Positions 51,384 through 60,118 of a stretch of DNA of 60,118 nt are shown one piece after another (position 1 is the first letter of the stretch; the number at the start of each line of letters is the position of its first letter). This DNA comes from Thermoplasmata archaeon (GTDB taxonomy: Archaea > Thermoplasmatota > Thermoplasmata > Lutacidiplasmatales > UBA184). Below the pieces are notes generated by a model. It was not told the DNA's origin. It did no database searches and was given only the letters and a program-made list of their open reading frames with translations. The position numbers and the translations under genes were made by a program. The stretch spans positions 1-60,118 of the forward strand of contig JAVYSA010000003.1 of assembly GCA_038729445.1 (NCBI GenBank), in the 5' to 3' direction.

Positions 51384-53141
51384 GTGCCAGAGATCGTGGT
51401 GCGGACCGGCGGCGAGGCCGGCGACGGGATCGCCTCGCTCGGGGAGATGCTCACCCGGTGCTTTGCCCGGATGGGGCTCCACGCGTTCGGGCTGAACGCC
51501 TACCAGTCGGTGATCCGGGGCGGGCACGTCTGGTTCCAGGCCCGCGCCTCCACGGTCCGGCCGTACTCCCAGGGGGACGGCGCGGACATCCTGTACTGCC
51601 TCAACCGGGAGACGTTCGACATCCACCGGGCGGAATTGAACCCTGGGGCCGTGGTGGTCCAGGACCCGGAGAAGTTCCCGCTGTCGGCGTCGGATCTGCC
51701 GACAGGGACCCGCCTGCTGACGGTGCCGACCCTCGCGATCGCACGCAAGTACTCGACGGCCCCGATCCTCCAGAACGCCGCGGGCCTTGGGGCCAGTGCG
51801 TACCTCGCCGGGATCCCCCTCGAGATCCTCCGCGAGGTCATCCAGGACTCCTTCGGTCGCAAGGCCGGCGACGTCGTCACGTGGAACCTCGGGGCCAGCG
51901 CCGACGGCTACGAGCATGCCCGCCAGCACAGCCCCCCGCACGACCGGGCGGTCTCCCGCCAAGGGTCCGGCAAGCTCGTCCTGAGCGGGAACCAGGCGAT
52001 CGCCCTGGGCGCCGCGGCCGCGGGCGTCAAGTTCCTCGCGCAGTACCCGATGACGCCGGCCTCGTCCATCATGCACTGGCTGGCGGCGCACTCGAAGGAG
52101 CTCGGGATCGTCGTGAAGCAGGCGGAGGACGAGCTCGCGGCGATCAACATGGCGATCGGGGCCAGCTTCGGGGGCGCCCGCGCGATGACCGCGACCAGCG
52201 GGGGCGGCTTCTCCCTGATGGTCGAGGCCCTCGGCATGGCCGGGATGACCGAGACCCCCGTGGTCGTGGTGGAATCCCAGCGGGCCGGGCCGTCGACCGG
52301 CCTCCCGACGAAGACCGAGCAGGGGGACCTGCAGCTCATGATCGGCGCCGGGCAGGGGGAGTTCCCGCGCGCGATCCTGGCCCCCTCCCATCCGAAGGAG
52401 GCGTACGAGGCCACGATCCATGCCTTCCGCCTGGCCGAGGAGTGGCAGACCCCGGTCCTGCTCGCGAGCGACCTCCATCTGAGCGAGAACTTCGCGACTC
52501 TCGACCCGGACGAGCTTCCCCTGTATCCTCCCGCGATCGTCCGGACCCCGCCGACCCCGGGCCCGGGGGCCGAGTACCTCCGCTACGCCCACACCCCTTC
52601 GGGGGTCTCCCCCCGCTCGATCCCCGGCGAGCCCGGCCTCCAGTTCGTCGCCGGATCCGACGAGCACGACGCGAAGGGGCACCTCATCAGCGACGTGAAG
52701 GCGGGGGTCCCGGTCTGGGTCGCGGAGCGCAAGAAGATGATGGACAAGCGCATGCGCAAGCTCGAGGGGCTGCGGGCCGCGGCGCCGAGGCCGGTCCTGG
52801 AGGGACCGGCGACGGCGGCGGTGACGCTCGTGGCCTGGGGGTCGACGATCGGGGCCATCCGCGACGCGATGCCGACCCTCGCCCGGGACGGGATCGCCAC
52901 CAACCTCCTCGCCGTGCCGACGGTCTACCCTCTCCACGGGCCGGAGATCGCCGCGGCGCTGGGCAAGGCCCGGCGGACGCTCCTGGTCGAGGCGAACTAC
53001 AGCGGCCAGCTCGGGCACCAGATCCGGGCCGAGACCGGCATCGCCCTCGGGGAGCGGCTGCTCAAGTACGACGGCGAGCCGTTCTCCCCTCGCGAGATCG
53101 TGAACAAGGTACGGGAGATGATGAGCCATGGCGGACAGTAG
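51384..53141 (+). CDS. korA: 2-oxoacid:ferredoxin oxidoreductase subunit alpha (gamma-alpha fusion type)
   Basis: 585 aa with GGEAGDGIAS..., GNQAIALGAAAAGVKFLAQYPMTPAS and ELAAINMAIGAS. GTG lies 26 nt after TATA-like CTTAATA. Confidence 0.93.
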   Translation: MPEIVVRTGGEAGDGIASLGEMLTRCFARMGLHAFGLNAYQSVIRGGHVWFQARASTVRPYSQGDGADILYCLNRETFDIHRAELNPGAVVVQDPEKFPLSASDLPTGTRLLTVPTLAIARKYSTAPILQNAAGLGASAYLAGIPLEILREVIQDSFGRKAGDVVTWNLGASADGYEHARQHSPPHDRAVSRQGSGKLVLSGNQAIALGAAAAGVKFLAQYPMTPASSIMHWLAAHSKELGIVVKQAEDELAAINMAIGASFGGARAMTATSGGGFSLMVEALGMAGMTETPVVVVESQRAGPSTGLPTKTEQGDLQLMIGAGQGEFPRAILAPSHPKEAYEATIHAFRLAEEWQTPVLLASDLHLSENFATLDPDELPLYPPAIVRTPPTPGPGAEYLRYAHTPSGVSPRSIPGEPGLQFVAGSDEHDAKGHLISDVKAGVPVWVAERKKMMDKRMRKLEGLRAAAPRPVLEGPATAAVTLVAWGSTIGAIRDAMPTLARDGIATNLLAVPTVYPLHGPEIAAALGKARRTLLVEANYSGQLGHQIRAETGIALGERLLKYDGEPFSPREIVNKVREMMSHGGQ

Positions 53142-54027
53142 CGCGAGCGTGGTGCAGAGTGCGACGCCCACCCCCCTGCCGATGGTGGGCAAGTCGGACA
53201 CGAAGCCGACCTGGTGCCCCGGATGCGGGGACTTCGGCGTCGTGGCCGCGATCGAGATGGCGGTCAAGCGGCTGAAGATCCCGAGCCACAACGTCGTGAT
53301 CGTCTCCGGCATCGGATGCTCGTCGAACCTGCCCCATTTCCTGACCAGCTACGGGTTCCATGCGATCCACGGCCGGGCCCTCCCCGTCGCCGAGGGGATC
53401 CGCTGGGCGAACCATGAACTCACGGTGATCGCCACGGGGGGCGACGGCGACGGCTTCGGCATCGGCGCGGGCCATTTCGTCCACACCATGCGCCGCAACG
53501 TCGACCTCACCTACGTGACGATGGACAACCAGATCTACGGGCTGACGACCGGCCAGGCAAGCCCGACGTCGATGATGGGCCACAAGACCAAGTCGACGCC
53601 CGGCGGGGTCATCGAGATGCCGGTCGATCCGATCGCCCTGGCCCTCGCCTCCGGGGCGACGTACGTCGCCCGGGGGTTCAGCGGGGACGTCAAGCACCTC
53701 GCGGACCTCGTCGCCGGGGGGATCCAACACCACGGGTTCTCCTTCGTCGACGTCTTCAGCCCGTGCGTGACCTACAACAAGGTCAACACCTTCGACTTCT
53801 TCCGCAAGCGGATCTACAAGCTCGAGGGGTCCGGCCACGACCCGACCGACATCGGCCAGGCGTTCCAGCGCGCCCTCGAGTGGGGAGAGAGGATCCCGAT
53901 CGGGCTCTTCTACCGCGGCGAACGCCCGACCTACGAGGATCTCGAGCCGGTGCTGTCGGCCGGCCCGCTCGTCCGCCAGCCGGGAGGCCTCCGGGGCCGC
54001 GAGTCGATCCTCGAGGAGTTCCGCTAG
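53128..54027 (+). CDS. korB: 2-oxoacid:ferredoxin oxidoreductase subunit beta (TPP-binding)
   Basis: WCPGCGDFG, GIGCSS, GGDGDGFGIG and DNQIYGLTTGQ. Confidence 0.95.
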   Translation: MADSSASVVQSATPTPLPMVGKSDTKPTWCPGCGDFGVVAAIEMAVKRLKIPSHNVVIVSGIGCSSNLPHFLTSYGFHAIHGRALPVAEGIRWANHELTVIATGGDGDGFGIGAGHFVHTMRRNVDLTYVTMDNQIYGLTTGQASPTSMMGHKTKSTPGGVIEMPVDPIALALASGATYVARGFSGDVKHLADLVAGGIQHHGFSFVDVFSPCVTYNKVNTFDFFRKRIYKLEGSGHDPTDIGQAFQRALEWGERIPIGLFYRGERPTYEDLEPVLSAGPLVRQPGGLRGRESILEEFR

Positions 54028-54087
54028 CCCGACCGCGGGACCCCCGAGCCAATCCCTTATGAGCCGGGCCCGCGTCGCCCGCCGGCG

Positions 54088-54357
54088 ATGAGCAGCCCCT
54101 CCGGGCGCCCGGTCCCCGCGGACGAGCAGGCGCTCGTCGAGCGCCTGCGCGAGGCGATCCGCCGCTCCCCCGAGCCGCCGGTCGGCATCGAGGTGGGGAT
54201 CCCCCTGTCCATCGCCCTCGGCCGGCGGCGCCCTGCCGTCTCCTGCGGCGGGTGCTCGGTGCCCCTCGAGTTCGACGGGATTCCCGCGCGGACGAACCCC
54301 CACCTCGAGGAGCCGTTCCGCCTGATCCTGCGGGCGGATCGGTCCCGCCCGTCGTGA
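54088..54357 (+). CDS. Hypothetical small protein
   Basis: 89 aa. TATA-like CTTATGA 29 nt upstream. Contains VSCGGCSVPLEFDG. No family recognised. Confidence 0.4.
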   Translation: MSSPSGRPVPADEQALVERLREAIRRSPEPPVGIEVGIPLSIALGRRRPAVSCGGCSVPLEFDGIPARTNPHLEEPFRLILRADRSRPS

Positions 54358-54373
54358 CCGGAGGCCCCCGCTC

Positions 54374-55075
54374 GTGTCGTTCTCGCTGGTCGGCAGTGCC
54401 GTCTCGCTGATCACCACCGTGCTGACGGCCATCGGGCTCACGGGGGTCTTCGCGCTGATGGTCGTCGAGAGCTTCGGCATCCCTCCGCTGCCCAGCGAGG
54501 TCATCCTGACCTTCGCCGGCTTCCTGGTCGCCTCGCAGACCTTCGACCTCTACGGCACGATCGCCGCGGCGCTCGCCGGCGGACTGGTCGGGTCGTTCAT
54601 CGCCTACGCCGTGGGCCGCTGGGGACGCGAGTGGATCACCCGTCCCCGGCCGGCCGGCCTGCGGCTGAGCGAACGCCAGCTCGACCGGGTCGACCGCTGG
54701 TTCCGGGGAAGGGACGAGTGGATCGTCGCGGTCGCCCGCATGGTCCCGGTCGTGCGCAGCTACATCAGCTATCCGGCCGGATTCGCCCGGATGAACCCGA
54801 CCCGGTTCGGCCTCTACACCCTGGTCGGCAGCGTCCCGTTCACCCTCGGGCTGATCTACGCGGGGATCGTCCTGCGCTCGGACTGGTCCGCGATCACCGG
54901 CTGGTTCGGGATCCTCGACGACATCGTCATCGCGCTCATCGTGGTCGGCCTCGTCTACGCGCTGTTTGCCTACCGGGGCTACCTCAGCTGGGACTGGCCC
55001 CCGCGACGGCTGCGGCGGGGGGCTCCTTCCCCATCGTCCGGATCGGATCCCGAGAGGACCGGGCCCGCCCCCTAG
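54374..55075 (+). CDS. DedA / SNARE-associated family membrane protein
   Basis: VVESFGIPPLPSEVILTFAGFLV, GRWGREW and the RMVPVVRSYISYPAG pattern. Confidence 0.85.
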   Translation: MSFSLVGSAVSLITTVLTAIGLTGVFALMVVESFGIPPLPSEVILTFAGFLVASQTFDLYGTIAAALAGGLVGSFIAYAVGRWGREWITRPRPAGLRLSERQLDRVDRWFRGRDEWIVAVARMVPVVRSYISYPAGFARMNPTRFGLYTLVGSVPFTLGLIYAGIVLRSDWSAITGWFGILDDIVIALIVVGLVYALFAYRGYLSWDWPPRRLRRGAPSPSSGSDPERTGPAP

Positions 55076-56460
55076 CGCGGGGGCGGCCGGACCGGGGGGG
55101 ACCGCCCGGGCCGGACCCCGTCCGAGGTCGGGGCAAACTCCGGCCGGACAATGCCCCCCTCTGCCGCGCCGACGTGCTCTCCCTCCTCCACGATCCTCCG
55201 CCCGGCAAGATAGTGCTCGATCGGGAAGATTGCCGGCCATCCCTCGAACGCGGTCCAACCGCAGGGCGAGGCAAGCCGGTCGGCGCGCACGGATCCCCGC
55301 CGCCGGAAGTCGACGACCAGGAGGTCGGCCCGGTGACCCACCGCGATGCGGCCCCGGGGCTGCCCGAGCCAGCGGGCCGGCCGGTCACAGGCCGCGGCAA
55401 GGAGGGTCCCGATGCCGAGCATTCCCGCCCGGCAACGCTCGAGCATCAGGGGCAGCATCGTCTCGACGCCCGGCATCCCGCTGGGAGCCCGGCGGAACCC
55501 CACGTCCTTCGCCTCGCGGGCGTGGGGCGCATGGTCGCTGGCGAGGATGGGGACGAGCCCGCGGGAGAACCGGTCCCACAGCGCCGATCGGGTCGGCTCC
55601 GGGCGCAGCGGGGGATTGACCTTCCCCCTCGCCCCGAGCCCCGGCTGCGCGCTCAGGAGGAGGTGGTGCGGGGTGGCCTCGAACGACCAGCGTCCGGCCA
55701 GGCGGTCGGCCAGGGCCGGCTGCGTCACGTGCGCGATGTGGAGGCGCGCCCCCTCCGACGCGGACCGGAGGATCGTGTCGACCGCCGCCGCCTCCGCCGC
55801 CATCGGCCGGGCACGGTTCCATCCCACGGGATCCGGAGGGTCCGGTCCGGCCGCCGAGAATCGGTCCGCATCCTCCGCGTGGACTGCGATCGGCAGGCCG
55901 GTGTTCTCCGCCCGCCGGACGAGCCGCCGGACCTCCTCGCCGGTCGGCGGGCGATCGACACCGGTGGTCGGGCTCAGATAGAGCTTGAAGCCGCCGGCCA
56001 CGGCTGCGAGGCCCTCCACGTCGGCATGCGGCGCGAGCATCCCGTAGAGCAGGAGGTCGACCGAGAGGCGGCCCCGGGCCCTCTCCGCCTTCTCGGCAAG
56101 CCGGTCGGCATCGAGGACCGCGGGTTCGGTGTTCGGCATCTCCGCGACCAGGCCAACGCCGCCGCGGGCCGCCCCGACCGTGCCGGTGGCGAACGTCTCG
56201 ACATCGGGGAGGCCGGGGGGATCGCGCAGGTGGACGTGGAGGTCCGTCGCGCTGGGCAGGATCCACGCCTCCCCGACATCCCGGCGACGGGGGGCACGGA
56301 GCGCCCGTCCGACCCGGACGATCGTCCCGTCGTCGTCGATCCCGACCTCGACCGGCTGGGCCGCCCCCCTCCACCACGTACGGCCCGCGAGGACCCAGGC
56401 CGGCTCCGGGGAAGAAGGCCGGATCGGCACGGACCGGTCGACCCGCCGATGGGCCGGCAT
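55072..56460 (-). CDS. pyrC: Dihydroorotase (amidohydrolase superfamily)
   Basis: ILPSATDLHVHLRDP, AVHAED, LHIAHV and ILASDHAPH. Confidence 0.88.
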   Translation of the reverse strand: MPAHRRVDRSVPIRPSSPEPAWVLAGRTWWRGAAQPVEVGIDDDGTIVRVGRALRAPRRRDVGEAWILPSATDLHVHLRDPPGLPDVETFATGTVGAARGGVGLVAEMPNTEPAVLDADRLAEKAERARGRLSVDLLLYGMLAPHADVEGLAAVAGGFKLYLSPTTGVDRPPTGEEVRRLVRRAENTGLPIAVHAEDADRFSAAGPDPPDPVGWNRARPMAAEAAAVDTILRSASEGARLHIAHVTQPALADRLAGRWSFEATPHHLLLSAQPGLGARGKVNPPLRPEPTRSALWDRFSRGLVPILASDHAPHAREAKDVGFRRAPSGMPGVETMLPLMLERCRAGMLGIGTLLAAACDRPARWLGQPRGRIAVGHRADLLVVDFRRRGSVRADRLASPCGWTAFEGWPAIFPIEHYLAGRRIVEEGEHVGAAEGGIVRPEFAPTSDGVRPGRSPPVRPPPR

Positions 56461-56507
56461 CGGGCCGGCAGGGTCGCCGGCGTTAAACTCATTGCGGCGG
56501 TGCGGCC

Positions 56508-57623
56508 ATGCCTCCGCCCATGACGAATTCGCCGCGCGCCACGCCGGTCTGGTCGTATGCCCGGAGCGGTGTCGACCGGAGCGCGGTCGCGCGCGCCCTC
56601 GACGCGCTGCGCTCCGCGATCGCGGTGCGACCCGGCCCGGGCCACGGCCGCCGCGTCGGGCCGATGGGCCACTACGCGGGCCTGGTCCGCCTCGGTCGGG
56701 AGGTCGTCGCCCTGACGACCGACTCCGTCGGGACGAAGACGCTGCTCGCCGAGCGCGTCGGCTGGTTCGAGCCGATCGGGGAGGACGCCGTGGCAGTCAA
56801 CGCGAACGACGTCGCGGCGGTCGGGGCCCGGATGGCCGGGGTGGTCGACGTCATCAATTGCCGCCGTCCGGATCCCGCGGTGTTCGCCGCGATCGGCCGG
56901 GGGATTTCCCGGGGGCTGCGGCGCAGCGGCGGACACCTTCTCGGAGGTGAGACCGCCGTCGTTCCCGACCTGGTCCAAGGGATCGATGTCGGCGGAACCG
57001 CCTTGGGATTCTTCCCCGCCGGCCGGCACCCGATCCTGGGGGAGTCGATCCGGCCGGGGGACCTCGTCCTCGGGGCGGCCTCCCACGGGGTGCACGCCAA
57101 CGGCATGACGCTCGTCCGCCGCCTGGTGGACGAGGCCGGGGTCGACCTCGCGTCCCCGCGCCCGGGCGGCGGTCGTCGGCCGGTCGGTCGCGAGCTCTTG
57201 CGGCCGACACGCATCTACAACCCCTTGGTCGAGTCGATCGCGGGGGTTCCGGGCGTGCACGGGCTCGCCCACATCTCGGGAGGCGGGGTCCGCAACCTCG
57301 TCCGCCTCCACGCGGGGGTCCGCTTCCGCCTGGACGGCTGGCCCATGCCCGCGGGCCTCTTTGCATGGATCCAGTCCCTCGGCAACGTCTCCGCGGCGGA
57401 GATGGCGGAGACCTTCAACCTCGGCATCGGATTCGTGGTCGTTGTCGATCCCCGGGCCCGGGCGCGGGTCGTCGCGCGGGCCCGGCGGGCCGGCTTCGCG
57501 GACCTCGCCGAGGTCGGACGGGTGGAACGGGGCACGGGCGTCCACCTTCCCCGCCTCGGGATCACGTTCGAGGGGTACGGCGAGGGCGCGCCGCGGCCGG
57601 AGCCGGGGGCCGCGCCGGCGTGA
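56508..57623 (+). CDS. purM: Phosphoribosylformylglycinamidine cyclo-ligase (AIR synthase)
   Basis: SYARSGVD, ALTTDSVGTKTLLAE, GEDAVAVNANDV, GGETA and AHISGGG. Confidence 0.92.
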   Translation: MPPPMTNSPRATPVWSYARSGVDRSAVARALDALRSAIAVRPGPGHGRRVGPMGHYAGLVRLGREVVALTTDSVGTKTLLAERVGWFEPIGEDAVAVNANDVAAVGARMAGVVDVINCRRPDPAVFAAIGRGISRGLRRSGGHLLGGETAVVPDLVQGIDVGGTALGFFPAGRHPILGESIRPGDLVLGAASHGVHANGMTLVRRLVDEAGVDLASPRPGGGRRPVGRELLRPTRIYNPLVESIAGVPGVHGLAHISGGGVRNLVRLHAGVRFRLDGWPMPAGLFAWIQSLGNVSAAEMAETFNLGIGFVVVVDPRARARVVARARRAGFADLAEVGRVERGTGVHLPRLGITFEGYGEGAPRPEPGAAPA

Positions 57624-57641
57624 GCCGGCGGGAGATCCGCC

Positions 57642-58589
57642 GTGGCTGCCGTCGGCCCCCCCCGCCGCGACCGGCGACGCGCCTCGGTGGAGGCGGCCGT
57701 TTCCGCACTCCTCTGGGCCTCGTACTACGTCTTCGTGCTCTGGCTGGCCCCCGGGACCGGCACCGCCGCGATCCTGGTCTACCCGTTCGCGATCGGGGGC
57801 CTCGCGTTCGTCGCTGTCGCGGCGGCGGAGGGTGGTCTGCGGACCTGGGCGGTGCTCTGGGCGGATCCGGCGAGCTACCTCCGCATCGCGCTCGTCACCG
57901 GAATGCAGGTGGCGACCGTGGAGGTCACCCTCCAGGCCGGGCCGATCGATAGCGCGCTCCTGGCCCTGATCGGCGACGTGATCATGGTGCCGGTGCTGCT
58001 CATGGCGGTCTTCGGGGAGGACCGGGCGCTCGGGAGGAGCCCATGGTTCCTCGGGGGGGTCACCGCTTGCCTCGCCGGTGGCTCCCTCACGATCGTCGCG
58101 GGGGGCGCCGTCGAGGGGATCGCCGGGGCGACCCTGGTCTGGGCTCCCCTCCTGGTGACCACGATCGGCGGGTACTTCCTCCTGACCGCCCGGGCCGGCC
58201 GGCGGGCCTCCTTGGGGGCCCTCAACGGGCAGGCGTTCCTCGGTGCCGCGGCCGCCGTGCTCGCCCTCGCCCCGGTGCTTCCCGGCGGGGCCTCCGGACT
58301 CGGGATCCCGTCGGCCTCCTCCGCGGCGCTGCTCGTGATCCTCGGCCTGACCTCGTTCCTCGCGGCGCCCCTCCTCTACTTCGTCGCCGCCCGGCGGGGC
58401 AGCCTCGTGCCGGTGGCGATGTGGATGTCCCTGATCCCGGCGTTCACTGCCCTGCTGACGTTCTTGGCGTTCGGCGTGGCCCCGGTCCCGCTCGCGGCCG
58501 CCGGCGTCCCGATCGCGATCGCCGGCGCGTTCCTGGCCCTGCGGGGGGAACGGGCGGTCGAGGGGTCCGCGGCCGGTCCGGCTCAGTAG
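57642..58589 (+). CDS. EamA/DMT-like transporter
   Basis: 315 aa with ~10 TMs and an internally duplicated five-helix pattern. GTG start. Confidence 0.7.
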   Translation: MAAVGPPRRDRRRASVEAAVSALLWASYYVFVLWLAPGTGTAAILVYPFAIGGLAFVAVAAAEGGLRTWAVLWADPASYLRIALVTGMQVATVEVTLQAGPIDSALLALIGDVIMVPVLLMAVFGEDRALGRSPWFLGGVTACLAGGSLTIVAGGAVEGIAGATLVWAPLLVTTIGGYFLLTARAGRRASLGALNGQAFLGAAAAVLALAPVLPGGASGLGIPSASSAALLVILGLTSFLAAPLLYFVAARRGSLVPVAMWMSLIPAFTALLTFLAFGVAPVPLAAAGVPIAIAGAFLALRGERAVEGSAAGPAQ

Positions 58590-60118
58590 TCGTCCAGGCG
58601 GCGTGGGGGGGAACGGCGCCGGCCCGCGCCCGCGAGGTCGGTGATCGGGCTCGAGGCTCCGATGGCGCCCTCCGGTGCCGGCGCCGGTGGGTGGGGCTCC
58701 ATCAGGGTCCGCTGCGTCGACCGGCTCCCCCGGAGGAGGTCGTCGGCGCCCCAGCCGAAGACCTCGGTGACGCGCGCGAGGGTCTGGGCCACTCGGTCGG
58801 CGTAGTAGGGGTAGTCCGGGGTCTTCCGGAACGGACGCCCCTCGACCCACGGCTCGACCTCCTGCGGGCTCTGGCGGGAGTTCGTGACGATCCAGGCAAC
58901 CTTCATCCCGGGGATGACGTCGTACCCTTCCTCCTTCAGGCGGCGGAAGACACGCAGGAACGGGAGGGACTCCTTGGTCGCCTCGTTGTACTCCTCCTCC
59001 GCGCGGACGCTGCGGGAAATCACCAGCTGCTCCGGCGGGACGGCCCGGTCGAGGACGGCCTGCACGAGCTCGGTGGCCCTCCTCTTGACGCCGTCGATGT
59101 CCCCCGCCAGGACCCGGTCGAAGACCTCGAGCAGGGCGCGCGACTGGTAGTCGAACGCATCGGTCCGGCGCGTCTCGTAGCCGCGGACCACGACCTCCTC
59201 CTTCGGCCAAACCTGCCGGCCGACGTACCGCTTCTTGGCGCCGTGGCTGAAGAACGACTGGTAGACCGACTGGAACTCGAAGGTGACGTTCTCGCGGCTG
59301 AACCGGCGCGCGAGGGCCTCGCCGAACGCCCGGGTCCCCTCGAGGGACGGATCAGGGGAGCGGACGAAGACGCTGTCGGTGTCGGAGTAGACGACCTCGT
59401 GGCCCTCGGCCTCCAGGGAGCGGATGATCGACGTGATCGACTCCCGGGCGTAGGCGGTGATTGCCGCCCCGATCGCCTTGTCGGTGAACCGGTAGAAGCT
59501 CGACGCCAGGACTCCGTAGAACGAGTTCATCAGGACCTTGACGGCGTTCTGCAGCCCGTCATAGTACTGCCGGGACTCGGGCGTCGTCGCGGCCCGCATC
59601 GCGGCCCGCAGCCGGTCCCGCTCCGCCAGGAGTTCCCGGAGGATCTCCGGAATGATCCCCCGGCGCCGGTCCGGGCTCAGGAACCGGGCCCCCGCTGGGC
59701 TCACCTCGGTCCCATCGGGGGAGAGGGTGGTGAAGCAGATGTTGTGGGCGATGATGATCGACGGGTACATCGACTTGAAGTCGAGGACGGCGACCCAGGA
59801 GTAGATCCCCGGTCGGATCGCATGGACGTAGCCTCCCTCGATCGCCGCGTCCCGGCGCGCCCGGTGGGTCGGCGGGACACCGACATGCTCCGCATCGGCC
59901 CGCGGGATCAGCAGGGCATCGATGTATTGCGACGTCCGGCCGTTCAGCCCCTCCTCCAGCGGGAGGTGGGCCACCGTGGCGAGGTCCGCTCCCCGGTCGA
60001 GGATGCGCAGGCGCTCGAGCACGCGGAGGGCGAGGTCGGCATCGTGCTCGCAGTACTCCATGACCCGCACCGGGTCCTTCGCCCATTCCTCGGCGATCGC
60101 CCGACGGTCGACGTCCAG
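58583..60118 (-). CDS. polB: Family B DNA polymerase, C-terminal (polymerase) part; the 5' end lies beyond the window
   Basis: Motif A DFKSMYPSIIIAHN, motif B KVLMNSFYGVL and motif C VVYSDTDSVFV. The frame stays open to position 60118 (LDVDRRAIAEEWAKDPVRVMEY...). Confidence 0.93.
   Translation of the reverse strand: MDVDRRAIAEEWAKDPVRVMEYCEHDADLALRVLERLRILDRGADLATVAHLPLEEGLNGRTSQYIDALLIPRADAEHVGVPPTHRARRDAAIEGGYVHAIRPGIYSWVAVLDFKSMYPSIIIAHNICFTTLSPDGTEVSPAGARFLSPDRRRGIIPEILRELLAERDRLRAAMRAATTPESRQYYDGLQNAVKVLMNSFYGVLASSFYRFTDKAIGAAITAYARESITSIIRSLEAEGHEVVYSDTDSVFVRSPDPSLEGTRAFGEALARRFSRENVTFEFQSVYQSFFSHGAKKRYVGRQVWPKEEVVVRGYETRRTDAFDYQSRALLEVFDRVLAGDIDGVKRRATELVQAVLDRAVPPEQLVISRSVRAEEEYNEATKESLPFLRVFRRLKEEGYDVIPGMKVAWIVTNSRQSPQEVEPWVEGRPFRKTPDYPYYADRVAQTLARVTEVFGWGADDLLRGSRSTQRTLMEPHPPAPAPEGAIGASSPITDLAGAGRRRSPPRRLDDY

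Noticed and set aside
1-60118. A search by eye for CRISPR arrays, rRNA genes, C/D-box sRNAs, intact IS elements or integrases, and long tandem repeats.
   Set aside because: No regularly spaced direct repeats or rRNA-like stretches were seen. RUGAUGA-like strings occur only inside confident coding regions. The only repeats noticed are short Pro-codon runs inside genes (dnaG, the tail of the sulfocyanin-like gene). A computational scan would be needed to exclude small RNAs.

Overview
This is a very GC-rich (about 70% by eye), densely packed archaeal chromosome segment. Archaeal markers include DnaG primase, PolD small subunit, family-B polymerase, S8e, SRP19, a GPN-loop GTPase, PdaD, RlmE and a two-subunit 2-oxoacid:ferredoxin oxidoreductase. 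The P3A-type H+-ATPase, glucose dehydrogenase plus KDG-aldolase-type genes and sulfocyanin-like copper proteins suggest a Thermoplasmatota-like aerobe; that placement is inference only. Most long ORFs in the track are R/P/G-rich antisense artefacts, so I trimmed or discarded them and kept about 70 genes and two tRNAs. I saw no CRISPR array, rRNA, intact transposase or integrase.

Three regions stand out:
- **Respiratory module (24.7-36.7 kb).** It carries two cupredoxin genes, a coxII apparently split in two, an AbrB-PhoU regulator, tatA-tatC-tatA2, a Rieske protein, cytochrome b, three small membrane ORFs, coxI, a half-size ctaA and ctaB. Its promoters share a TTCGTAC/GTACGAAC element.
- **Eroded islet beside tRNA-Val (8.0-10.0 kb).** It is lower in GC and holds an hsdR C-terminal relic, an orphan AlbA_2/Schlafen-like ORF and an HTH-like stub.
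- **Translationally coupled hddA-gmhA-(CBS+ParB/Srx) operon (22.3-24.7 kb).**

None of these is proven to be a new system. Every functional call rests on motif recognition by eye, with no searches run.
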